Positions 49,491 through 58,137 of a stretch of 64,000 nt of DNA are shown in pieces. The stretch is from the NCBI GenBank assembly GCA_965242965.1, contig OZ251518.1, positions 2,272,001 to 2,336,000 on the forward strand, in the 5' to 3' direction. This stretch comes from Candidatus Poribacteria bacterium (lineage in GTDB: Bacteria; Poribacteria; WGA-4E; WGA-3G). The notes beneath the pieces are model-generated. The model saw only the letters and a program-made list of their open reading frames with translations, made no database searches and had not been told where the DNA came from. The position numbers and the translations under genes are program-made. Numbering within the stretch: position 1 is the stretch's first letter; the number at the start of each line of letters is the position of its first letter.

Positions 49491-51455
49491 ATGGCAAAAC
49501 CGATTCACTACACCGACATCCTTGAAACCGGCTCCGCCGACATCTATGACGTTGCAACCCATGCCGCAGGGCCCGAAGGGAGCCTCCCCCTCACCGAAGA
49601 GATGCTCCTTACTCGGCCGAGTGGCGACATCTTTGGGTTAAGCCACAACACCGCCATGGGCTGGGCACCGACTGAGCTCCGCCGCGAGGAGTTCCTCATC
49701 CTCAGCACGCAAGGTGGTATCCGCGCACCCGATGGCACTCCCATCGCGCTCGGTTATCACACCGGACATTGGGAGGTAGGCCTCCTCATGCAGGCGGTGG
49801 CACACGAGCTCAAGGCACTTCGCACTATCCCGTTCGCCGGCTACTGCTCGGATCCTTGTGATGGCAGAACACAAGGCACTGTCGGGATGATGGATAGCCT
49901 CGCCTACCGCAACGATGCGGCGCAGATTTTCCGCAGGCTCATCCGCTCCCTGCCGACACGAAAAGGGGTAGTCGGGGTTGCTACATGCGATAAAGGGATG
50001 CCCGCGATGATGATGGCACTCGCATCCATGCGGGAATTACCGTGTGTTCTCGTCCCCGGCGGCGTGACGTTGCCGCCGACAACAGGCGAAGATGCAGGGA
50101 AAATTCAGACTATCGGCGCGCGCTTCGCACATGGAGAAATTAGTTTGCAAGACGCGGCGGACATGGGCTGCCGTGCCTGTGCAACACCCGGCGGCGGTTG
50201 TCAATTCCTCGGTACCGCGGCGACATCGCAGGTTGTCGGAGAGGCACTGGGGATGAGCCTGCCGCACACTGCCTTAGCCCCCTCTGGACAAAACATCTGG
50301 TCGGACATGGGACTCCGTTCGGCACGCGCCGTTGTCAACCTCGCCGCAAAAGGGCTCGCGATGCGGGATATCGTCACATCGGAGGCGATTCGGAATGCCA
50401 TGGTAGTGCACGCCGCGTTCGGCGGTTCCACGAACCTGCTGTTGCACATTCCCGCCATCGCGCACGCCGCCGGGCTCAAACGTCCCACCGTTGAGGAGTG
50501 GAGTGAAGTCAACCGCACCGTGCCGCGTCTCGTCGATGTGCTACCGAACGGACCGGTCGGACATCCGACGGTGCGAGTCTTCCTCGCAGGCGGCGTGCCG
50601 GAAGTGATGCTCCATCTCCGCGAACTCGGATGCCTCAATGAAGATGTCCTCACCGCTACCGGCGAACCCCTCGGCAGCAATTTGGATTGGTGGGCATCAT
50701 CCGAACGCCGCGCCCGCGTGCGCGCGATTTTGAAAGAAAACGACAGCGTCGAACCCGATACCGTGATTATGAACCCCGATGCCGCTGCAACGAAAGGACT
50801 CACTAGTACCGTGACGTTCCCGCGCGGCAACCTCGCGCCGGAAGGTTCTGTCATTAAAAGCACGGCGATAGACCCGAGTGTTGTCGATGCCGATGGCGTG
50901 TATCGGATGACGGGCCCCGCGCGCGTCTTTGTCCGCGAAGTAGATGCTATCCAAGCACTTAAAAACCGCAACGAAACCATCATTCAACCGGGCGATGTTA
51001 TCGTGTTGTGTTGCCGCGGCCCGCTTGGCACAGGGATGGAAGAGGTTTATCAACTCACCGCCGCCCTCAAGCATCTCTCTTTTGGCAAACATATTGCGCT
51101 GATTACAGACGCGCGGTTTTCCGGTGTCTCCACGGGCGCGTGTATCGGACATGTTGGACCGGAGGCACTCGCCGGCGGCCCCATCGGCAAAGTCATTGAG
51201 GGAGACATCGTGCAGATTCAGATTGATACGCAACGGCTTGAGGGCAGCATCGATCTGGTAGGCCACAACGGACAACACTTCGGCGCGGATGCCGGTGAAC
51301 GGGTGTTAGCAGAACGTCAACCGCGTCCAGACCTCGCGTCGGATGCCGCTTTGCCCGATGATACGCGTCTCTGGGCGGCGTTGCAAGCCGTAGGCGGCGG
51401 CACCTGGGGCGGATGCGTTTACGATGTCGATGCCATCATCAAAGCACTGTCTTAA
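49491..51455 (+). CDS. YjhG/YagF-family D-xylonate dehydratase (IlvD/Edd family)
   Basis: [58 protein letters not shown]. Confidence 0.9.
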   Translation: MAKPIHYTDILETGSADIYDVATHAAGPEGSLPLTEEMLLTRPSGDIFGLSHNTAMGWAPTELRREEFLILSTQGGIRAPDGTPIALGYHTGHWEVGLLMQAVAHELKALRTIPFAGYCSDPCDGRTQGTVGMMDSLAYRNDAAQIFRRLIRSLPTRKGVVGVATCDKGMPAMMMALASMRELPCVLVPGGVTLPPTTGEDAGKIQTIGARFAHGEISLQDAADMGCRACATPGGGCQFLGTAATSQVVGEALGMSLPHTALAPSGQNIWSDMGLRSARAVVNLAAKGLAMRDIVTSEAIRNAMVVHAAFGGSTNLLLHIPAIAHAAGLKRPTVEEWSEVNRTVPRLVDVLPNGPVGHPTVRVFLAGGVPEVMLHLRELGCLNEDVLTATGEPLGSNLDWWASSERRARVRAILKENDSVEPDTVIMNPDAAATKGLTSTVTFPRGNLAPEGSVIKSTAIDPSVVDADGVYRMTGPARVFVREVDAIQALKNRNETIIQPGDVIVLCCRGPLGTGMEEVYQLTAALKHLSFGKHIALITDARFSGVSTGACIGHVGPEALAGGPIGKVIEGDIVQIQIDTQRLEGSIDLVGHNGQHFGADAGERVLAERQPRPDLASDAALPDDTRLWAALQAVGGGTWGGCVYDVDAIIKALS

Positions 51456-51457
51456 AT

Positions 51458-51975
51458 GAGGGGTTTCATATTTCGATGGCTTCCCGGTAGGAGAGACCTC
51501 CTGGTCTCGATGCATCCCCGTAGGAGAGACCTCGGGTTTCGATGTTCCCGTAGCGCGGGGGCCTGTCCCCCGCGATCTCCATCATCACGAGGTGGCGTTT
51601 TAGGTCCTTTAGGACCTACATGTCTATAGCAGCCCGTGTCGGCCCGTTTTCAAGGTCCTTTAGGTCCTTAATAGGAAAACACGCGGCACGGCAAAATCCA
51701 TTAAGGACCTAAAGGACCTTAGGGTTCGTCGCGGACGCGCGTGCTATAGACATTAAGGTCCTACGGACCTAAGAGACGTTTTTTCATCTGTAGTTTGTGA
51801 TCGCCTGATCACAAACGGGTCAGGATCAGGCGATCCTGACCTACAGGGTTGAGGCGATCTGCCAGCCAAACGCATGGCGAGGGACAGGCCCTCGCCCTAC
51901 GTGAAGGGGAAGCGTTTTTTCCACCGTAGCGCGGGGCCTGTCACCGCGCCGTTGAGCAATTTATGAAACACCCTC
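51458..51975. mobile_element. MITE-like REP-cargo element, copy 8 (518 bp)
   Basis: TIRs GAGGGGTTTCATA / TTATGAAACACCCTC; 9-bp direct repeat GTCTTAAAT / ATCTTAAAT. Confidence 0.85.
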
Positions 51976-52373
51976 ATCTTAAATACTGGGCACCGCCGCT
52001 CCTCTACATGGGATTGATTTTCGGCATCTCGTCAATGGAGCAGCCGCCGTTCCCGATGCCCGAATTTGAATGGCTGACGATTGATAAACTCTACCACTTC
52101 GTCGAATACGCCATCCTCGGTGCGTTATTGGCACTCGCCTTCGCAAAGGCACCGCCGCGAGGCTTTCCTGCGAAGTGGGGATGGAGCGCGGCAGCACTCA
52201 TCTCCATTCTATACGGCGCGAGTGACGAATGGCATCAAACCTTCGTCCCCGGCAGACTCGCCACCGTTGCCGATTGGGTTGCGGATGTGGTAGGGACAAT
52301 TGCCGGTGTGCTCAGCGTCTATTTCTACAATAGAAGGAGAAAACAGACAAGTGAAAAGGATTTACTTCGGTGA
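51963..52373 (+). CDS. VanZ family membrane protein (start codon lies in the MITE TIR)
   Basis: DKLYHFVEYAILG, YGASDEWHQTFVPGR...DWVAD. Confidence 0.85.
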   Translation: MKHPHLKYWAPPLLYMGLIFGISSMEQPPFPMPEFEWLTIDKLYHFVEYAILGALLALAFAKAPPRGFPAKWGWSAAALISILYGASDEWHQTFVPGRLATVADWVADVVGTIAGVLSVYFYNRRRKQTSEKDLLR

Positions 52374-53828
52374 CAACCTGCAGGTGATGTCAGAACGCGA
52401 CTCGGAGAGGGTTGATATTATTTGTACCGACCCCCCCCCTTCAACAGTTCGCAAAATTATAACATTTTCCTGCCGGGCTCACAAGCGCAAGTCACGGCGT
52501 TTAAGGACATCTGGACATGGAACGATGCCGCCATTGAAGCACGCGATTATGTCCGAAACGAGGCTGAGCGTCACGGGCGTTATCCAGCGGCATACCAGAA
52601 TCTGGATCGGTGCCTTCAGGGCTACGATCTGGTGCTTGACAATGCCGCCACCGGATGGCAAGGCGCAATCCGGTCTTACATGGCGTTCATGGGCCCGCGA
52701 ATAGTTGAGATGCATCGGCTGCTCAAGCCCACGGGTAGCATTTATCTGCACTGCGATCAGACAATGAGCCATTACCTGAAGGTAATGATGGACGCGGTTT
52801 TCCAGCAGGAGAACTTCCAGAACGAAATCATCTGGTCCTATCGCCGCTGGTCCGGTAAGTCCAAGCGTTACCAACGAATGCACGATTGCCTTCTGTTCTA
52901 TACAAAAAGTTCTGACTATACTTGGAACGAACCGATGGAGCCGAAGGCAGAGTCAACTCCTAAGTATCGGCAATACAAGGTAATTGATGCTGAAACAGGT
53001 CAGATGCAGAACAGAATTGATACCTCAACGGTTATAGACACAACCCGAATGCGAGACGTTTGGGAATTGTCCCGCATGGGGCCTGCATCAAAGGAGCGTT
53101 TGGGATTTCCGACGCAGAAGCCGCGAAAATTATATGAGCGAATGCTTCATGCATCGTCAAACGAAGGCGATATCGTGCTCGATCCGTTCTGCGGCTGTGG
53201 CACGACGTTGGATGCCGCGGAGTCCCTCAATCGGCAATGGCTCGGTATTGACATTACGATCTTCGCGCTTGAACCGGTTCAGCGTCGGCTATTCAAAGAG
53301 CATCAGCTGCGCCCCGGTCGCGACTACGAGATTTTCGGCTATCCCACGAACCTTCAAGAGGCTAAGAAATTAGCGCGGGACCACAAACGTCCTCACGACT
53401 TTGAGCGGTGGGCGGTAACCCGATTAGGGCTTGAACCTACGCCTGCGAGTGGTGATAGAGGTATTGATGGGATTCTCCCGACTCTGAAATGGGATGCTCG
53501 GAAAATGGAGCAGGATAGGGTGAACGTTGTCGCTCAGGTGAAGTCAAACGGCTACTCGGTTTCTGCTATCCGCGATTTTCGCACGGCGATGCGAGACGCT
53601 GATGCTGCTATCGGTGTATTCATCGCGCTTGATGGCGGCAACCCTACACCCCGGATGCGAGAGCAGCAGGAGGCGGAGGGAACGATCGAGCACAACGGCA
53701 AACAGTATTATCGCCTGCAATTCTGGTCGGTCGGCGACGAATACTTCAACAATCCGGAGTCTGTCAATCGGAGTGTGCAACTACCGTGGCGGATTGAGCC
53801 AACGTATAAGTTGGACCAGGATTTCTAA
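52351..53828 (+). pseudogene. Beta-class DNA methyltransferase + Mrr-like endonuclease domain, frameshifted at a C9 tract (possibly phase-variable)
   Basis: VKRIYFGDNL...DIICTD in one frame and PPFNS...GFPTQKP...LDPFCGCGTT...GDRGIDG...AQVKS in another; C9 at 52431-52439, where C7 would restore DPPF. Confidence 0.8.
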
Positions 53829-53957
53829 TGCCTATTACTGTTTTCACCTCATGCGAGCCCGAGCAACCGAGGTAAATTCGGCATCAAACGTGATGCGCGG
53901 ATTATAGGCATCTGTCCTTACGATAACATCGAAAACCGAAAAGGAGAACAGAAAAAT

Positions 53958-54758
53958 ATGCATCCACTCGTTGATTTGAAAGTGCCAAACGATGCTGTCG
54001 CCGTTCACTGGTTTGAACAGAGCAGCTTCGCTTTGAAGAATTCAGCTGGCGAGATTATCCAGATCGACCCTTATTTTCCACGGGAACGCCCCGCGGACCG
54101 GTTTATTCATACGACATCACCGCTCGATGAAGCGGACCTGCCGACAGACTACGTGGTGTTAACGCACGCGCACGGGGACCACACTTGTTCCGAGTCTATT
54201 CGGCGCATCTGGGAGACCTCTTCGGCGACGCGGTTTATTGGCCCCGAAGAGAGTGCTAACCAGATTTTGACAGAGACCGATGTCGATGCAGATAAGGTTT
54301 CCACAATCTACGCGGGGCACTCCATCACGATAAGCAGCCACCTCACGGTTCATGCCGTTTATGCGAAGCCGCCTGCAGGCGATATCGATGTCGGCATTGC
54401 GCCGCCCGATGTGACGCACTTGGGATACGTCATCACAACCGAGGGCGCGAGGCTCTACTTCAGCGGCGATCCGATTAACACCTTCGCGGAACACGACAAA
54501 CTGATTGCGGCAGTGGCGGCGTATAAACCGGATATCGGTTTCCTGACGAACCATCCGACGGAAGGTGAATTTCCGTTTTACGACGGTTGCGTCAAAATGG
54601 CGACGCGCATTGGGTTGAAGCATGCCGTGCCGGCGCATCGCGCCTGTTTCGTCACCCGTGATTACGATGCGAAAGAATGGGCGGCGCAATTTCCGCATGA
54701 TGGCCCGAAGCCGCTGATTATTCCGCGGAATTCACATATTCTTTATTCTCATTGGTAG
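53958..54758 (+). CDS. MBL-fold metallo-hydrolase (UlaG-like)
   Basis: IDPYF, LTHAHGDH, LYFSGD, VPAH. Confidence 0.85.
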   Translation: MHPLVDLKVPNDAVAVHWFEQSSFALKNSAGEIIQIDPYFPRERPADRFIHTTSPLDEADLPTDYVVLTHAHGDHTCSESIRRIWETSSATRFIGPEESANQILTETDVDADKVSTIYAGHSITISSHLTVHAVYAKPPAGDIDVGIAPPDVTHLGYVITTEGARLYFSGDPINTFAEHDKLIAAVAAYKPDIGFLTNHPTEGEFPFYDGCVKMATRIGLKHAVPAHRACFVTRDYDAKEWAAQFPHDGPKPLIIPRNSHILYSHW

Positions 54759-54779
54759 TCGCGCTTTCCAAGCGCGACT

Positions 54780-55175
54780 ACCGGCACCGAAGAACCGTAG
54801 GGCGAGGGCCTGTCCCTCGCCATGCCTGGGATTACCGAACGATCGCGGGGGACAGGCCCCCGCACTACGATGAAAGAGGCCGCCCGCGTTACCGTAGGGC
54901 TTGGGCCCTCGCATGCCACACGCGCATGCGAGCGGGTTCCCTTCGCCATGCAACGATCGCGGGGGACAGGCCCCCGCGCTACGATGAAAGAGGCCGCCCG
55001 CGTTACCGTAGGGCTTGGGCCCTCGCATGCCACACGCGCATGCGAGCGGGTTCCCCTCGCCATGCTGCGATCGCGGGGGACAGGCCCCCGCGCTACGATG
55101 AAACGGAATATCGCAGGGGACAGGCCCCCGCACTACGGGAAAACGGAAAATCGCGAGGGCCTGTCCCTCGCCAAA
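54780..55175. repeat. REP cluster with a 114-bp tandem duplication
   Basis: CGATCGCGGGG(G)ACAGGCCCCCGC units start at 54840, 54954 and 55068. Confidence 0.85.
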
Positions 55176-55239
55176 CCCACATTGTAAGGACGGATATCTA
55201 TCCGCCCGATAACCTAAAAACTGAGGATTAACGACAGAC

Positions 55240-55758
55240 ATGCAAAATCAAACTCCCCTCGTTGGCATCGTCATGGGAAGCGATTCCGACCTGGACAGAA
55301 TGGCAGAAGCCGCAAAAGTGTTAGAAGAATTTGAGATCCCGTTCGAGATAACCGTCTCCTCGGCGCATCGTTCGCCGGAACGGACGCTCGCGTGGACAGA
55401 GAAGATTAAGGCTAACGGCGGACAGGTAATCATCGCTGGCGCAGGCCGCGCGGCGCATCTCGCCGGTGTCATCGCCGCGCATACAACGCTTCCAGTCATC
55501 GGTGTGCCGATTGACGGCGGACCGCTCAACGGCGTTGACGCGCTCTATGCCACCGTGCAAATGCCGCCCGGTATCCCTGTCGGCACAATGGCGATAGGTT
55601 CCGGCGGCGCGCGGAACGCGGGCTTGTTCGCTGTGCAGATATTAGCACGCAAATTCCCCGAACTTGACGAGAAACTCCTCGCCTATAAAGCGAAGTTGCG
55701 CGACGGTGTCGCAGAAAAAGCGGCGCGGTTGGAAGAGGTGGGGTATCAAAACTACTAA
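55240..55758 (+). CDS. purE: N5-carboxyaminoimidazole ribonucleotide mutase
   Basis: VGIVMGSDSD, SAHRSPE, AGAGRAAHLAG, LPVIGVP, VQMPPGIPV. Confidence 0.97.
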   Translation: MQNQTPLVGIVMGSDSDLDRMAEAAKVLEEFEIPFEITVSSAHRSPERTLAWTEKIKANGGQVIIAGAGRAAHLAGVIAAHTTLPVIGVPIDGGPLNGVDALYATVQMPPGIPVGTMAIGSGGARNAGLFAVQILARKFPELDEKLLAYKAKLRDGVAEKAARLEEVGYQNY

Positions 55759-55764
55759 GCCATC

Positions 55765-56490
55765 ATGAAAACCACCCAACACCCCCGCAACGATGAGGCA
55801 CAGCGAGGGACAGGCTCTCGTCCTGCGGTTGAAGGGCGGAGCACCGAACTGTTCGATCTGATGGAAACGTCGCTCTACACCGCTGTGATTTCGGATGCCC
55901 TCGATGCAGCCGGATATCGCCAGCAGGTGCTGCGTCATAACGTCAGACCGTTGTATCCGGCGGCGATTGTCGCCGGGCGCGCGCTGACGGTGCAGTGCGT
56001 TGATGTCTACGAAATCCCGGATGAACCCTATCAGATGGAGATTGCGGCGGTGGATAGCCTCAAGCCAAACGATGTGTTCGTCTGTGCCACCGATGCCTCT
56101 GTTCGCAATTGCATCTGGGGTGAACTACTTTCAACGGCGGCACGGGCGCGCGGCGCGCGCGGTGCCGTTATTGACGGGTTCATCCGAGATGCGCGACAGA
56201 TTATGGCGATGCAGTTTCCTGTGTTTATGACAGGGCTCTCGCCTGTTGATTCCAACGGGCGCGGCGAGGTGATTGCGTATAATACGCCAATCGAGTGCGG
56301 TGGCGTGCCGGTCTTCCCTGGCGACATCGTCTTCGGTGATATTGACGGCGTGGTTGTGATTCCGCAAGCAGTTGAGACTGAGGTTATCAGTGCCGCGCTG
56401 GAGAAGGTTAGCGGTGAAAACCGCACGCGCGATGCCCTCCGCAGCGGCGCAACCTTACGGGAAGTTTATGATAAATACGGAATTTTATAG
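55765..56490 (+). CDS. RraA/HMG-aldolase family protein
   Basis: TAVISDALD, WGELLS, GAVIDGFIRD, PGDIVFGDIDGVVVIP. Confidence 0.9.
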   Translation: MKTTQHPRNDEAQRGTGSRPAVEGRSTELFDLMETSLYTAVISDALDAAGYRQQVLRHNVRPLYPAAIVAGRALTVQCVDVYEIPDEPYQMEIAAVDSLKPNDVFVCATDASVRNCIWGELLSTAARARGARGAVIDGFIRDARQIMAMQFPVFMTGLSPVDSNGRGEVIAYNTPIECGGVPVFPGDIVFGDIDGVVVIPQAVETEVISAALEKVSGENRTRDALRSGATLREVYDKYGIL

Positions 56491-56503
56491 TGGAGGAAAA
56501 CCG

Positions 56504-56833
56504 ATGATTTACGAATTGCGCACCTATCAGGTGGTGCCCGGCAAAATGCAAAACCTGAACGACCGGTTTGCGAACATCACGATGCCTTTGTTTGAAAAAC
56601 ACGGCATGAAAGTGATCGGATTTTGGGAAACCGCCATCGGCGAGGCGACGACAACGGAACTCGTCTATCTCCTTGCGTTTGAGGATTTAGGACATTATCA
56701 ACGCGCGTGGGATGCCTTCATCGCCGATCCGGAATGGCAGGCGGCGAAACGGCTGACAGAAGTCGGTGGCCCGCTGGTGAACGTGGCGGGAGCTAAGATT
56801 TTGGAGCCGACGGTGTATTCGCCGTTGCAGTAG
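56504..56833 (+). CDS. NIPSNAP family protein
   Basis: MIYELRTY...PGK...F...HG...FW...W.AF.ADPEW. Confidence 0.9.
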   Translation: MIYELRTYQVVPGKMQNLNDRFANITMPLFEKHGMKVIGFWETAIGEATTTELVYLLAFEDLGHYQRAWDAFIADPEWQAAKRLTEVGGPLVNVAGAKILEPTVYSPLQ

Positions 56834-56902
56834 GAGCACGATCTTTTACAGGGCTCGCAGGCTCCCTGTCGCGAGGCTCGTTGAGTCCTAACCGTGGATG
56901 TT

Positions 56903-56937
56903 AAAAAAGAGGGGCTCGCCGTGTTGCGAGCCCTCTC
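56903..56937 (-). terminator. Intrinsic terminator between convergent genes
   Basis: GAGGGGCTCGC...GCGAGCCCTCTC stem with A6 on + (U-tract on -). Confidence 0.6.
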
Positions 56938-56967
56938 GGAAATCGCAATCATGCATGCATTGACTCA

Positions 56968-57288
56968 TCAATTCAACGCCTTTGGACGTGCGTGTTTCCG
57001 TAAATAATCCACCAGCGTGTGAGCAGAGGCGGGGAGCGTTGCATCATCATAGGCAACAGAGACTTCCGAGTCTCCGTCCGCAATCGTAATGTTATATCGA
57101 TAGAGATCGCGGCTGGATTCCGAGAAACGCGTATCCGATGCGAAAATCCCACTGGCTTTCACCATCTGCTCAATTTCTTCTGGAGTGACTTCTGACAAGG
57201 TTTCTGCTAGCGTGGCGGAATCGGTGTCAAGTTCACACGCCTTGGGCAGGCCGAAAAATCCGCCTGACTGGATAAAACTGATTTTCAC
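56968..57288 (-). CDS. Protealysin inhibitor emfourin-like protein
   Basis: KISFIQSGGFFG...D.YRY.ITI...D; GTG start after SD GGAG. Confidence 0.75.
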   Translation of the reverse strand: MKISFIQSGGFFGLPKACELDTDSATLAETLSEVTPEEIEQMVKASGIFASDTRFSESSRDLYRYNITIADGDSEVSVAYDDATLPASAHTLVDYLRKHARPKALN

Positions 57289-57330
57289 GAGAGAACCTCT
57301 CCAAAGAAATTGCGCGTTAGCCAACTATCT

Positions 57331-58029
57331 CAGGGGGTTTCATAAATCTGTGTAGGAGAGCCCTCCCGTTCTCAATACGAGCGATGCTCCCGTAGGAGAG
57401 ACCTCCCGGTCTCGATGCAATATGGCAGCGCGCCTACCGGGGCCGCGGCGGCAGAAAGCCCCTTCATCGTAGGGCGGTGGGAAAACCTGTCCCTCGCCAG
57501 TGTTCGCGCGCCAGGCCCTATAGGTCAGGCTCGCCTGATCCTGACCTGTTTGTGATCAGGCGAGCACAAACTACAGCGGGGGAAACACACATCGTGACGA
57601 TGGAGATCGCGGGGGAAACCCGCTCGGATGCGCGGATGGCATCCGAGGGCCCCCGCGCTACGATAAAAAACGGCGTGCGTTACCGTAAGGCGAGGGCCTG
57701 TCCCTCGCCATCGCTCGCGCAGCGAAAAAACGTCTCTTGTGCTCTTCAGGTCTGTAAGACCTGAATGTCTATAGCACGCGCACCCGCGATGAACGCTAAG
57801 GTCTGTAGGACCTTAATAGTTTTTGCCAGGGCCGCGCGTGTTTTTTATTAAGGACCTAAAGGACCTTGAAAAGGGACCGGCACGTTTTTCTATAGACATG
57901 TAGGTCCTACGGACCTAAAACGCCACCGCTTGACGATGGAGATCGCGGGGGACAGGCCCCGCGCTACGGGAACATCGAGACCAGGAGGTCTCTCCTACGG
58001 GTGTGCATCGAAATACGACCCTCCCCCTC
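57331..58029. mobile_element. MITE-like REP-cargo element, copy 9 (699 bp)
   Basis: Left TIR CAGGGGGTTTCATAA, eroded right TIR ending CCCCCTC; perfect 8-bp direct repeat AACTATCT at 57323-57330 and 58030-58037. Confidence 0.75.
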
Positions 58030-58137
58030 AACTATCTGGCTAACATTTATTATACACAATTTTTTCCACAAAAAACAACATTAACATTTTCCATAGGGCG
58101 AGGCACAAGGTCTCGTTCAACAGCAACCGAAGAATGC

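Noticed and set aside
50201-51278. Long antisense ORFs (260 aa, 193 aa) opposite the dehydratase, and similar shadows elsewhere
   Set aside because: Typical antisense shadows of GC-rich coding genes; no recognisable motifs
54732-55241. ORFs of 104-169 aa on both strands
   Set aside because: Entirely within the 114-bp REP tandem duplication; no SD or family motif
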